Part shown: one piece after another, positions 1-13,050 of the stretch
Layout of the letters: every line of letters begins with the position of its first letter
Numbering within the stretch: the first letter of the stretch is position 1
Source: Pristiophorus japonicus
Lineage: Eukaryota
DNA: 64,000 bases
Reading direction: 5' to 3'
Assembly: GCF_044704955.1 (NCBI RefSeq)
Contig: NC_091991.1
Location: 18,290,001-18,354,000 of the forward strand
Made by a program: the position numbers and the translations under genes
Notes under the pieces: model-generated
Databases searched by the model: none
Seen by the model: the letters and a program-made list of their open reading frames with translations, nothing else
What the model was told of the DNA's origin: nothing

Positions 1-428
1 GCGGGTATCTGGTCGGCGGGGGGTGGGGGGGAGCGGGTGTCGGGTCGGGTCTGGTCGGGGGGGAGCGGGTGTCGGGTCGGGTCTGGTCGGGGGTGGGGAG
101 CAGGACTGGCCGTGGGAGGAGCCTTATTCACGCAGCCCCAGTGAGGCCATTCAGCCAGGGCTAGGGGCTGCGTGCTTCAGGCCCCTCCCACACAGTTCGG
201 CGCCTGGAGCTACTGCACTTGCGTGCCGACTGTAGCGCGCATGTGTAGAGGTCCCGGCACTGTTTTCAGCGCCGGGACCTGGCTCCGCCCCCCCACAGCT
301 CGTGCTGGCTGCGCCGAGGGCCAGAGGACCTGTAAGTAGGTGGAAATACCGAGGATTTTTTTAGGCGCGAAAAACGGGCGCCCAGCTCGGAGGGGCGCCC
401 GTTTTTTTTCTTGTGGAAACTTGGGCCC
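1..428. mobile_element. Right end of a GC-rich PIF/Harbinger-like non-autonomous element
   Basis: GC-rich block with short internal tandem units, ending in GGAAACTTGGGCCC. This is the same terminal type as the TIR elements at 26539, 33303 and 51939. The left end lies outside the window. Confidence 0.6.
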
Positions 429-638
429 AATGTGTCAATAAGCAGAATTTTTTGCAATAAATAATCAGTCTTGGCCACTGAAAGTTTAAGACATAATTGG
501 GTCATGCCCATTCAAAACAAAATTAGAATTACTTGGTCAGCTAATGGTTGACCAGGTACGAGTGTTGTTTTGATTTTTAAATAATTATTTGCTGTTTCTC
601 CTGATTAACAATGTGTTTCCTTATCCTTGTGTTGACAG

Positions 639-867
639 CAATGCAGCTACTGTCTTGCAGTCCCACTGGCGGGGGTATATTATTCGTAGACATATTCATA
701 TGTACATGGTACTTCATAATGCTGCTTCAGTGATTCAGACTGCATGGAGAGATTACTACGGCAGAATGAAAGTTGCCTTACAGAACAGTGCTGAAGGTCC
801 AGCTAAGGAATGGAAGATATTTGATGGAAGTGAAGAGAGCAGACATAGAGCAGTCACCATCATCCAG
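639..867 (+). CDS. LRRIQ1: LRRIQ1 internal coding exon (IQ-motif region)
   Basis: Acceptor gttgacAG|c and donor CAG|GTtaga. Encodes NAATVLQSHWRGYIIRR...AASVIQTAWRDYYGR...RAVTIIQ (two IQ motifs plus the start of a third). Phase 0 joins the next exon to give IIQ|SHWRG. Confidence 0.9.
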
Positions 868-999
868 GTTAGAGAAAAATAATGGGTAACATATCATTCT
901 ACATGTTTGTTAAAATAAAATGTGCTAAAGGTTTTTAACAGTGAAAAGCTTTCATATTTCTTCAGTATGAACCCGTGTGGGTTTATTTAACCTCCATGC

Positions 1000-1920
1000 T
1001 TGGAAGAAACAAGTGACTTTGGACCTATGGTTCCCAAAGCTCTCCATGGAATTTTCCTTATATCTGGGTGTGTTGTAGACGAACTGATAGAGATTGAACG
1101 CTATTAGTCAACAACTCCATTATCATTGTATCATGCAATGACCAGGATGGTAGAAAGCGAACTGGATGGATCTTGGTCTTTTATTATCTAGCAGTTCCTA
1201 TGTTCCTAAAATCAATTGCATTTCTTTATCAATATTCTTTTATTTCCTCAAAAAATCTATTAACTTTGTATGGCATAACTTGCCTTTTACAAATCTCTGC
1301 TGGTTGCCCATGGCCTTGTCAGTGAGTATTGATTTTATTGTATTAAATACTCTGGAAGCTTACCTGCTATTGTTTTAGGCTGTCTGGTCTATTGTTGCGT
1401 AATTCACCCCTTTCGCCTTTAATGAACAGAGGTGTTACAATGGCAACTTTCCAGTCCTCTGGCACAACTTCCATATTGAAGAATGTTTGAAAGATTGTAG
1501 TCAGAGCCTCTGCTATTGCCTTAGCATTGTTGGATGCATGCCACTAGGGCCCAGTGCCTTTTGCGCTTTGAGTTCCACCAACTTTTTCATTACTGCTTCC
1601 TCATCTATAGTTATCCATTTTAATTGGCCCATCTCTCCCTCATGTACCCTTTCATTCCCACTAGCACACTCTTCTGTGAAGTCAAAGACAAAATATTAAT
1701 TTAGTATCTATGCCATTCCTGCATCCTCCATAAGAAGAATTAGGTTTTCATCACTAATTCGGCTCACCCTTTCTTTAATCATTCCTTTACATTTTATGTG
1801 CGACTAAAATCCTTTACTATTTTTCTTTTATTTAACCTCCAGTTTTTCTTCATACTTTCTTTTAGTCTTCGATAATATTTTTTGCTTCATCTTTATATTT
1901 TCTGTACCCAACTTTATTTT
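1000..1920. mobile_element. Old degraded CR1-type LINE remnants
   Basis: Tail ending gttcctatgttcct at ~1207, followed by minus-strand CR1 RT-like remnants (revcomp of the P-E-D-W-K-V-A and G-K-L-C motifs). Confidence 0.5.
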
Positions 1921-3149
1921 CTTGTGTTATTAACACTAGATTTGTCATAGCTGCACTATGGGGTGATCCTGATCTTTGATAGTCCTGGGGGTGATCCTGG
2001 GCATTGGTAGCACTCTGTGGCTTAGCATAGAGTGGGAGCACTGGGGTGTGAACTGAGTGTGGCATGTGGGATGTGACTCACTGGCGGACTTCTGATATTT
2101 GTCAGCAATAGGGAGGGGGAAGGAAGTCCAAGACATGGCAGCACTGATTTGAAAGCTTTTCAGAGATCTCTACAAATATCTGTCTGTAATTTTTTTTCTC
2201 TCTCTCTTTCTCTCTGTATCACAACTGTCACTAATTCAACTGTTACAAAAAGTAGGTGATGTTATCAAAGCATTTCTGTTTGCCAGAGAAGCTTTCAAAA
2301 TTCAACTCTTTGTTTTGCGAAAAGTAAAAAGAAGCCAAATTAGAATGAGGCAAGATACTGGCATAGAAATTCATTGATGTTATGCCCGTTTTACGGGCTG
2401 TAAACGTCTACTTTGGTGCGCTGCCCACCATATTGGTAAAGGCTAAAGTACAGGTGTCCAGCGCCTAGGTCAAAAACAAGCCTTCAGCCCTTCGCATGTG
2501 CAAAGGGCTTCACCCCCACCACCATCCCCACCCTACCCCCACTCTTCCAGGACCTACTTGTTGACGCAGCGGCCTGAAATTTAAATCTACTTCATCAGCA
2601 AGCTGCCTGGGGACTCGCTCTACTTGATATTATTTCTGAAGTAAAAAATTTATAGCTTTGCTTTTAAAATTTAATTTAGAACCTACTCAAGTTTATCATC
2701 CAGGTTGTATTCTAATCATTTTCAAAAACACAGACGGAAATACCGATGTCCATCAAGACACAATTTTACTTTTCCACTGAAATAAGTAATAGAATGTTTA
2801 TAATTCAAACATATACAAAAGCTACAGCAAGTGTGTAATAAGTACAGTCTGTTGTATTTAAACTCTGCTTCTTTCTGTTTTTCTGCCTTTCTCTATCATG
2901 CACTCAGTCTCATGTGTACCGCTCACACTCATGCACAGCCTCTCTGTTTAAAAAAAACTCTCACTATAAACTTTATTTAAATAAAGCTTTTAAAATGTGT
3001 CCTCCAGAATTCCTCAAGTAATTTAGAAAAATAAGCAAGTAGGTACTGCTTGAATATGAAAAAGACTTTGAAGCAGTTCAGCTGACAAAATGCTACTTAT
3101 GCAGCCTGGAAGATTGTCCACATTGCATGTGCTCAGGCTGTTTGGTAAG

Positions 3150-6100
3150 ACAAACTAATGGATCTGGTACTGGACACGTGAGTTCAATCCCACCATGACA
3201 AGTTGGGAAATTGAATTAAATTTGTGGGCTGGCACCAGATAAAATAACCATGAAAGCTGCAGGATTGTCGAAAACACTAATGTTCTTCAGCAAAGGGAAC
3301 CTGCCAACCCTACCTGGGTTGGCCTAAATGTGACTCCAGGCCCATACTACATGATTGACTCTTAATCATCTTAGGCAGTCCCTTGGAATCGAGGAAAACT
3401 TGCTTCCACTCTAAAAATGAGTCCTTAGGTGCTGAACAGTCCAATACGAGAACCACAGTCCCTGTCACAGGTGGGACAGGTAGTCGTTGAGGGTAAGGGA
3501 GGATGAGATAGATTTGCCGCACACTCTTTCCGCTGCTTGCGCTTGATTTCTGTATGCTCTTGGTGATGAGACTCGAGGTGCTCAGTACCCTCCCGGATGA
3601 TTTCCTCCACTTAGGGCGGTCTTTGGTCAGGGACTCCCAGGTGTCTGTGGAGATGTTACACTTCATCAGGGAGGCTTTGAGGGGATCCTTGTAACAATTC
3701 CTCTGCCCACCTTTGGCTCGTTTGCTGTGAAGGAGTTCAGAGTAGAACGCTTGCTTTGGGAGTCTCGTGTCTGACATGCGTACAATGTGGCCTGCCCAGC
3801 GGAGCTGATCAAGTGTGTTCAGTGCTTCAATGCTGGGGCTGTTGGCCTGGTCGAGGACGCTAATGTTGGTGCATCTGTCCTCCCAGGGGATTTGTAGCAT
3901 CTTGCGGAGACATCGTTGGTGGTATTTCTCCAGCAACTTGAGGTGTCTGCTGTACATGGTCCATGTTTCTGAGCCATACAGGAGGGCGGGTATTACTACA
4001 GCCCTGTAGACCATGAGCTTGAGGGCCTGGTCTTTGAACACTCTTTTCCTCAGGCGGCCGAAGGCTGCACTAGCGCACTGGAGGCGGTGTTGAATCTCGT
4101 CATCAATGTCTGCTCTTGTTGATAAGAGGCTCCCGAGCTATGGGAAATGGTCCACGTTGTCCAGGGCCATGCCGTGGATCTTGATGACTAGGGGGCAGTG
4201 TTGTGCGGCGAGGACAGGCTGGTGGAGGACCTATGTCTTATGGATGTTTAGCGTAAGGCCCATGCTTTTGTATGCCTCAGTAAATACGTCGATTATGTTC
4301 TGGAGTTCAGCCTCTATGTGCACAGACACAGGTGTCATCCGCGTACTGTAGCTCGACGACAGAGGTTGGGGTGGTCTTGGACCTGGCCTGGAGACAGCGA
4401 AGGTTGAACAAGTTCCCACTGTAGTTTAGTTCCATTCCAGCGGGGAGCTTGTTGACTGTGAGGTGGAGCATGGCAGCGAGGAAGATTGAGAAGAGAGTTG
4501 GGGTGATGACGCAGCCCTGTTTGACCCCGGTCCGGATGTGGATTGGGTCTGTAATGGATCCATTGGTAAGGTCACGGCCTGCATGTTGTCATGGAGCAGG
4601 AGGAGGATGTTGACAAACTTTTGGGGGCATCCGAAAGGGAGGAAGACGCTCCATAGACCCTCGCAGTTGACAGTGTCAAAGGCCTTTGTAAGGTCGAAGA
4701 AGGCCATGTATAAGGACTGCCGCTGTTCCCTGCATTTTTCCTGCAGCGGTCGCGCTGCAAAAATCATGTCCGTTGTGCTCCGTTGGGAATGGAATCCACA
4801 CTGTGACTCCAGGAGGAGCTCCTCAGTCACAGGGAGAAGACTGTTGAGGAGAACTCTAGCGACAACTTTCCCAGTGGATGATAGCAGGGAGATTCCTCTG
4901 TAGTTACCGCAGTCATACTTTTTAAAAGATGGCCACAATCACTGCATCTCTGAGCTCTCCGAGCATGCTCTCCTCCATCCAGATGAGAGAGATGAGGTCA
5001 TGTATTCGCACCAACAGTGCCTCTCTGCCATACTTTAGTGCCTCAGCTGGGATTCCATCTGCTCCCGTAGCCTTGTTGTTCTTAAGCTGTCTTACGGCAT
5101 TTTCTACCTTTTGCAGTGTTGGGATTTTACTGAGGTGCTGACAGATAGCATGCTGCGGGATGGAGTCGAGAACACTCGAGTCAAAGGCAGAGTCTCAGTT
5201 GAGGAGATTTTCGAAGTGCTCCTTCCAGCGGGCCCTGACTGCCTCAGTGTCCTTGATGAGTGTTTCCCCGTTCTTGGCCAGCAGTGGGTGGTGGCCTTGA
5301 CTGCGATGAAGAATCCTCGCACATCATGGCTGTTGGTCAACTGCTGTATCTCCTTTGCTTTCTCCATCCACCACCTGTTCTTTAGGTCCCGGGTTTTTTG
5401 TTGGACCTCAGCCTTGAGCCGTCTGTAATGCTGCTTTGCTGCTCCCAAGTTGGGTTGTTGCTTAAGGCTCAGAAATGCTCTGTGTTTGCGATGCATTCGC
5501 TCTTGGATCTCCTTATCATTCTCATCAAACCAGTCCTGGCGTTTCCTGGTTGAGTGACCAAGTGTCTCTTTGCAGGCACTGGTTATGGAGGCCTGTAGGG
5601 CAGACGAAGCGCTGTGGGCATTCTGTGTCTCAGGGTCATCAAGGCACACCAGGCTAGCTGTGAGGCGCTGACTGTATAGGGCTCTCTTAGCTGGGTCTTT
5701 AAGTGCCCTGGCATTGACTTTTTTGCGGCACTGCTTCTGCTGTCCCCTCCGCTTTGGGGGCTATGTTGATGTCAATGATGGATTGGATTAGGCGGTGGTC
5801 CGTCCAACAGTTGTCAGCTCCTGTCATGGCACGGGTGATGCGCACATCCTTGCGATCCCTGGCTCGGATGATGACATTGTCGAGCAGGTGCCAGTGTTTG
5901 GAGCTAGGGTATTGTCACGATGCCTTGTATTTGTCCCTCTGGTGGAACAGGGTGTTGGGGATGAGAAGTTCATGTTCTAGATATTTTGTCAGGAGTAGGG
6001 TACCGCTGGAGTTGGCCTTCCCTACTGCCTCTCTGCCAATCACGCCTCCCCAGAGGGCTGTGTCTTTGCCGACCCTGGCATTGAAGTCACTGAGGAGGAT

Positions 6101-7372
6101 CAGTTTGTTGTCCGCGGGGACGCAGGATTTTTCGAGGTCTCTTTGGTCTCATCTGTTGCATCGAGTGTTGGGGCGTATGCACTGATGACAGTAGTGCATT
6201 GATTCCGGGATAGGCTGAGTCGAAGAGTCATGAGGCGTTCGTTAACCCCGCAGGGGGAGTCTTTGAGGCCGACCAGCTCGTTTTTGATGGCGAAGCCGAC
6301 TCCATGAAGGCGGCGTTCGTCCTCTGGTTTCCCTTTCCAGAAGAAGGTGTAACCTCCACCTTGTTCCTTGAACTGGCCTTCCCCTGCCCGCCGGGTCTGG
6401 CTTAGGGCAATGATTATAATATCAAAGCGTCTAAGTTCCCGAGCAACTATGGCGGTGCGGCGTTCCGGCCTGTCGCTGTTGGAGTTGTCCATGAGGGTCC
6501 TGACGTTCCAGGTCCTAAACTTCATGTTAACGGCGTGAAAGATGCCTGTGCGTGAGTTCTTTTAACATGGGGTTGCCATTGCACACCGGCTACCACAAGG
6601 GATTAGCTGAGCAAGGTCTTGGTCCAGTGGCAAGGGGGTCCAAGACAACTGGAGACCAGGCACTGCTGTATGAGCCTAGTTGCTTACGGCGAGATGTTGG
6701 CCGCAAGCTCGGTGCTGAGTCGCGCCCTTGATGGTAGGTGGTCCAAGGCTTGGTTTGGGGCAGGCATTGGGAGGGTCAGTGGCCCACTGGAGTTCCGAGT
6801 GGAGGGTCACAGCCATGGTGCTCACCAGTCAGTAGAGGCCAGGTCACCAGTGGGGAAGTAGAGGCCCAGTCGTCTCTGAAGGAGGGCGAAAGGCCAGCCG
6901 CTGTCATGGAAGAGGAGGAGGCCCAGACGCCATCGTGGAGGAGAGACACAGCTGTTGCCGCTGGAGGGGATCTGGTCGCCGCTGGAAGCCCAAACGCCTG
7001 GTCGCCACTGAGCAGCTGGAACGACATCAACATCCACCCTCAACTTCCCCCCCCCACCCCCCAACTGTCTAAACTCCCCATAGCCCCATCAGACCCTAAT
7101 AGGGGGTGCATAAATCTCTACCTTAAACCCTAATCCTACAAATCCCAAAATCCGGGCCTACCTCAGGCTTCGCTCCAACCCACCCATCGGTGACGACTAT
7201 CGGACTACAAGCGACCTCCAGCAGCATCGACCTGGACCTCTTCCCCCAATCCCCCCACACATTCCCCCCTCCCCCACCTGCCCTTGACCTCCTCCTCCTC
7301 CGACGTGACTCTTAATACCCTCAAGGCAACTAGGGATGGGTAATAAATGTGACCTTTCCGGTGTCGCCCACA
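3150..7372 (+). mobile_element. tRNA-derived shark SINE split by the RTE insertion (pieces ~3150-3366 and 7306-7372)
   Basis: B-box-like gagttcaatccc at ~3180. The body resumes after the duplicated TGACTCTTAAT with ggcaactagggatgggtaataaatg. Confidence 0.65.
3367..7305 (-). mobile_element. Full-length, frameshifted RTE-clade LINE
   Basis: Minus-strand APE endonuclease (MKFRTWNVRTLMD...ISAYAPT), RT (NYRGISLLS, AFFDLTKAFDTV) and C-terminus (ALLYGSETWT, CPTCDRDCGSRIGLFS). 3' end GGAAGCAAG..GGGACTGCCTAAGATG. The 11-bp TSD TGACTCTTAAT lies at 3356-3366 and 7306-7316. Confidence 0.93.
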
Positions 7373-7439
7373 TGGTGGGTTATCAACTCTCAACCTTTGA
7401 ATCAATATTGTTGGTGCTAAAAGATTAGCGGGGGGTGGG

Positions 7440-7736
7440 GGGGATAGGGAATTGCCCTCCGCTCCGTTTTGGGCGACAGGTGTCAGAGGGAAGAGGTGGA
7501 AAATTCGGCTCTTTAACTCCCAGCGCTTTGAGACGTTGTTTGAGATGGTGTTGGGGCGGGTTTCGCTGAGGAGCAAGGCAGGGCGCTACCTCGTAGCAAT
7601 GTCCCTCCCCTTCAGTTAAAGGGGAGAGACGCTGCTCAGCCTAGTGAGGCCTACGTGGCACCTACTGGACCACCAGGGAAGGGTTCGGCTGAGCCAGCGG
7701 TTACGAACCTTAAAAAAAGGGGCAATTTCGGTCCCT
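7440..7736. mobile_element. Harbinger-like MITE
   Basis: Imperfect inverted ends GGGATAGGGAATTGCCC / GGGGCAATTTCGGTCCC. Confidence 0.45.
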
Positions 7737-8002
7737 AGATTTTTCTGTGATGCTCTGTCATAATAGAATTATAGAAATTTACAGCACAGAAGCAGGCCAT
7801 TCGGCCCATCGTGTCTGTGCCGGGCAAAGTTTGCTAACATTTTCTGTCCAGGCTAACACATGACGAATGAGTGCATGGGTTGTTACCAAGAGCTACAAAT
7901 GCCTGTAGAACCATACCCCACCATGAGAAACACACTGTCAGTTTCCAACACAGTGTCAGTATCCACATGTAAGCTGATGACACCCAGCTCTACCTCACTA
8001 AC

Positions 8003-8197
8003 TATCATGTATGTGTGCTTGGATTTACTAGCGACCAGGGGGCGCCACTGTCGGAGGTCATTGGGCTGTACGCACGTGTGTGTGGGCCAGATATATAAAG
8101 CAAGCCACCATGTAATACGGGCTGAATAAAGTTGAGCCAGGTTTGCACCTGAGTGAGGTTACAGTATTCAGTCTATCGAGTTATTACATACATAACA
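8003..8197 (+). repeat. 5' LTR
   Basis: t(a)tcatgt...cataaca, with TATATAAA and AATAAA. Direct copy at 11387. Confidence 0.92.
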
Positions 8198-9729
8198 TTT
8201 GGCAACGAGGTAACTCAAGAGCCTTCGCATGCAAAATGAGCACCATTGGAATTCTGGAGAGATTCGCGGAGAGAGAGGACTGATCGGATTTTATCGATCG
8301 CCTGGACCAGTACTTCGTGGCCAACAAAATGGAAGAAGCTACTGACAGATAGGCGCAGGGCGGTTTTCCTCACTGTTTGCGGTCCAAAAATCTATGGCCG
8401 CATGAATCTCCTCTCGCCTGCACGTCCAATGGACAAGGACTATGAGGAATTGTGTGCTCTGGTACGTGACCATCTCAAACCAAAAGAAGGAATCATCATC
8501 TCACGCTATCGATTCTACACGCATGTTCATTCTGAGGGCCAGGATGTGTCGAAATTCGTCGCCGACCTAAGGTGTCTTGTTGGGCCATGTAAGTTCGAAA
8601 ACGCGTTGGGAGACATGCTGCGAGATTTCCTCGTAACCACGAGGTGATCCTCCGGAAGTTACTGGCTGCGGAGACGCTGGATTTGAGCAAGGCCATCGCG
8701 ATTGCCCAGGCATGCACGACGACGGATGATAATTTAAGGCAGATATCATCGAAGAGTCGGAGCTCCACGGCAAGTATTGTAAACAAGATTGTGTCGTCGT
8801 ATGGCAGAGCTGCTTATGACAGGGCCTACTGGACTGCGTATGCAAAACCTGTAGCTGCTCAAAGTCTGCCAACTGGTATGAATCCGATTTCACCCTGTTG
8901 GCATTGTGGGAGCAATCATTGGCATCATCAATGTCGTTTTAAACAGTACATCTGTAAAGGCTGTTCGAAAGTGGGGCATCTTCAGCGAACGTGTCCACAA
9001 CTGAGCAAGCGTGCTGTGAGTCATCACGTGGATGATGACAACCAGTCCAGCGCGGACCTGGATATGCAACCCGAGATACCCGAGGAGGAAGTGTATGGAC
9101 TGTATTCGTTCCTGACAAAGAGTCAACTGATAGTGGTTGATGTGAAACTAAATAGCGTGCTGGTATCGATGGAATTGGACACGGGTGCGAATCAGTCGAT
9201 AATGAGCCAAAGGACATTCGACAAACTGTGGGATACTAAGGCTGTGAAGCCTAAGCTGAGTCCAGTCAATGCCAAGTTGCGTACTTACACCAAAGAACTC
9301 ATACCAGTGATTGGCAGTGCAGTAGTCAAGGTGTCGTATGATGGTATGGTTCATGATAGTTCCAGGAAATGGTCCAACGCTGTTCGGCAGGAATTGGCTA
9401 GAAAAAATCAAATGGAATTGGAACGATATCAAAGCGTTGTCATTGGTGGATGACACTTCATGTGCTCAAGTGCTGAGCAAGTTTCCCTTACTGTTTGAAC
9501 CAGGCATCGGCAATTTCACGGGAGCCAAGGTGCAGAGTCACCTGGACTCAGGTGCAAGACCCATCCATCACAAAGCTCGGGCTGTTCCGTACATGATGAG
9601 GGACAAGGTCGAAATTGAGCAGGACAGACTCCAACGTGAAGGGGTCATATCACCGGTCGAATTTAACAAATGGGCAAGTCCTATTGTTCCTGTGTTGAAG
9701 AGTGATGGCACTGTCAGAATTTGTGGAAA

Positions 9730-9934
9730 TGTTATGTATGTAATAACTCGATAGACTGAATACTGTAAACTCACTCAGGTGCAAACTTGGCTCAACTTTA
9801 TTCAGATTCAAAGTGCTCACATTACATGGTGACTTGCTTTATATACCTGGCCTGCACACACGTGTGTACAGCCCAATGACCTCCAACAGTGGCACCCTCT
9901 GGTGGCTAGTAACCCCAAGCATACATACATGACA
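9730..9934 (-). repeat. Inverted third LTR of the same family inside pol
   Basis: The reverse complement reads tgtcatgtatgtatgcttggggttactagccacc...ttattacatacataaca, i.e. a complete LTR. Confidence 0.92.
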
Positions 9935-11386
9935 ATGAAGTTTGTCAAAGGTTTGAAAGAGCCTACAGCATGGTAGAAAAAAAAGCTTTTGAGAGTGAAG
10001 GAACCCCTGTCACTACTCAACAAGTTAGGACCTGGATCAGACAGGACCTGATTTTATCGGTTGTAAAACGTGTCCTTAGTGGTGATTGGTCTGCTATACC
10101 TTTGGAAATGTGTGATGAGACCAAACCTTACAACCGTCGCAAAGACGAACTATCCATTCAGTCGGATTGTTTACTGTGGGGTAATTGTGTTGTTATGCCT
10201 AAGAAAGGCAGAGAGAAATTTGTACGTGATCTACCCAGCACTCATCCCGGTATTGTCAGGATGAAAGCCATCGCCAGGTCTCACATATGGTGGTCTGGAA
10301 TTAACTCTGATCTGAAATCATGTGTGCATCAGTGCAACACTTGCATGCAGCTAAGCAAAGTACCAGTGGAATCTCCGGTGAGTCTGTGGTCGTGGTCATC
10401 CAAATCATGGTCGAAGATACACATCGACTTTGCGGGTTCTTTCCTGGGTAAGATGTTTTTTGTTGTGGTGGATGCATATTCCAAGTGGATAGAGTGTATA
10501 ACCGTATCATCCAGTACATCCACAGCTACCATTGAGAGCCTTCATGTCATGTTTGCTACTCATGGTCTGCCTGACATCATTGTGAACGACAACGGATCTT
10601 GCTTCACAAGTCTGGAGTTTCAAGAGTTCATGAAACTCAATGGTATTAAGCATGTGAGGTCAGCACCATTCAAACCTGCTTCTAATGGTCAAGAAGAGCA
10701 TGCTGTCCAAACAATCAAGCAGAGTATGAAACGTGTAACTCAGGGTTCACTGCAGGCTTGCTTGTCATGCATATTGCTTCGTTACAGGACAAGACCCAAC
10801 ACGCTTACCGGGGTCTACCCTGCTGAACTATTAATGAAGAGAGGTCTCAAGACCAAGCTCTCTCTCGTCCATCCTGACTTGAACGATCGTGTTGAAAACA
10901 GACGTCAAAATCAGCAGTGGTATCATAATCATGCTGCTGTGTCACGTGACACCTTTGTTAACGATCCCGTGTATGTGCTAAATTATGGTCAAGGTCCCAA
11001 GTGGGTCGCCAGTACTGTTACGGCCAAGGAGGGTAACAGAGTGTTTGTTGTCATGCTCAAGAATGGGCAAACATACAGGAAACATGTTGATCAGATAAAG
11101 CTGCGACACACGGATGAACTGGAACAAGTTGAAGAAGATACGATCAGTGACCAACCAACCTATATTCATTCATCAGAGGACTCCGCCGTCATCAATGAAT
11201 CTGGACTTTCAATCTCTGACAGGGTCATTGCCACTCTCGTCAGATTGGCTACCCAGCCACTAGTCATAACTGACTCAACGCTCACCCAGAACTGGAGTTG
11301 AACTGAGACGATCAATTCGTGAGCGGAAAGCCCTGGACCGTCTTCACTTATAAAAAGACTGATACTAAGATCTTGAAGGGGGATGT

Positions 11387-11591
11387 TGTCATGTATGTAT
11401 GCTTGGGGTTACTAGCCACCAGGGGGTGCCACTGTTGGAGGTCGTTGGGCTATACGCACGTGTGTGCGGGCCAGGTATATAAAGCAAGCCACCATGTAGT
11501 ATGGGCACTTTGGGTCCGAATAACATTGAGCCAGGTTTGCGACTGAGTGAGGTTACAGTATTCAGTCAATCAAGTTATTACATACATAACA
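11387..11591 (+). repeat. 3' LTR
   Basis: TGTCATGT...CATAACA, preceded by the PPT and followed by TSD CTAAC. Confidence 0.92.
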
Positions 11592-12164
11592 CTAACACTT
11601 CTCTTGACCCCTCAACGGTCTCTAAATTGTCAGACTGCTTGTCCGACATCCAGTTCTGGATGAGCAGAAATTTTCTCCATTTGAATATTGGGAAGACTGA
11701 AGCCATTGTTTTTAGTCCCCGCCACAAACTCCGTTCCCTAGACACTGACTCCATCCTTCTCCCCTACTCTTGTCTGAGGCTGAACCAGACTCTTCACAAC
11801 CTTGGTGTCATAGTTGACCCTGAAATGAGCTTTCGACCACACATCCACAGCATGACTACTTATTTCCATCTCCGTAACATTGCCTGTCTCTACCCTTGCC
11901 TCAGCTCATCCGCTGCTAAAGCCCTCATCCATGCCTTTATTACCTCAAGACTTGACTATTCCAATGCACCCCTGGCTGGCCTCCCACATTCTACCGTACA
12001 TAAACTGGAGGTGATCTAAAACTCGGCTGCCCATGTCCTAACTCTCACCAAATCCTGCTCACCCATCACCCCAGTGATCGCTGACCTCCATTGGCTTCCA
12101 GTTAAGTAATGTCTCGATTTCAAAATTCTCATCCTTATTTTCAAATCCCTCCATGGCCTCGGGG

Positions 12165-13050
12165 GGTGTAACTAACACTGTGTAAGAATGCAACATAATA
12201 CAAGAAGACATTAGAAAATTTGCAGACTGGGCGTTTAAGTGGTAAATGAAGTTTAACGTAGATAAATGTGAGGTGATGCTCTTTGGTAGGAAAGTAGAAA
12301 CATCACGGACACCTTAGACAGCAAGAAACTGAATGGGGTAGATGAGCAAAGTGATCCAGCGATACAGGTGAACAAATCATTAAAAGCAGCATTGCAGGCC
12401 AGCGAAGCAATTAAAAATGCTAACAAAGTATTGGGATTTATTTCTAGGGGTATAGAATTTAAAAGTGAAATTATGGTAAACTTGTATAGGACCCTTGTCA
12501 GGCCACACTACATATAGGGCACAGTTCTGTCTCCATAGTATAAAAAAGACATAGAAACACTGGAGAAAGTGCAAATCTTTTACAAGAATGGTACCAGAAC
12601 TGAGAGATGACAGCTATCGGGAAAGATTGAACAGATTGGGGCTTTTTCTTTAGAAAATAGAAGATTTAGATGTGACCTGATAGTGGTCTTTAAAATTATG
12701 AATGGATTGCACAGGGTAGATGTGGAGAGAATGTTTCCACTTGTGGGCGAATCCAAAACTAGGGGCCATAACTACAAGATAGTTACTAATAAATCCAACA
12801 GAGAAATAAGGAGAAATTATTTACTCGGAGATTGGTTAAAATGTGGGACTTGCCACCACAGGAAGTGGTTGAGGCAAATAGCTTAGATGCTTTCAAAATG
12901 AAACTAGGCAAGTACATGAGAAAAAAGGGAATAGAAAGATATGCTGAAAGGCTGAGATGAGGCAGATGGAGTGGGAGAAAACTCTTGTTGAGTATAAACT
13001 CCAGCACAGATTAGTTGGACCGAATGACCTGTTTCTGTGCAGTATATTTA
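12165..13050 (+). mobile_element. CR1 LINE 3' fragment
   Basis: FKIMNGLHRVDVERMFPLVGESKTRGHNYKI and a CR1-type 3' UTR. Confidence 0.8.

Larger units (their letters stand above)
8003..11591 (+). mobile_element. Ty3/Gypsy (Mag-like) LTR retrotransposon, defective
   Basis: Direct LTRs at 8003-8197 and 11387-11591, with 5-bp TSD CTAAC on both sides. PBS TGGCAACGAG follows the 5' LTR and PPT GAAGGGGGA precedes the 3' LTR. Gag has two CCHC knuckles, followed by protease ELDTGA, the RT start WASPIVPVLK and integrase (HPGIVRMK, IHIDFAG, NDNG, SNGQ). Confidence 0.95.
7962..12160 (+). mobile_element. L2-clade LINE fragment interrupted by the Gypsy element (7962-8002 and 11592-12160)
   Basis: ADDTQLYL before the LTR continues as TSLDPSTVSKLSDCLSDIQFWMSRNFLHLNIGKTE...SRLDYSN after it, which is a typical L2 RT C-terminus. 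Confidence 0.85.

Noticed and set aside
589-882. Standalone 97-aa IQ protein
   Set aside because: The ORF starts at TTG in intron sequence. The real coding part is a GT-AG-bounded internal exon of LRRIQ1.
9970-11301. 443-aa integrase ORF as a domesticated gene
   Set aside because: It lies within an LTR-bounded element with frameshifted gag-pol and shows substitutions at normally conserved positions (SNGQEEH, LPSTH). This fits neutral decay.
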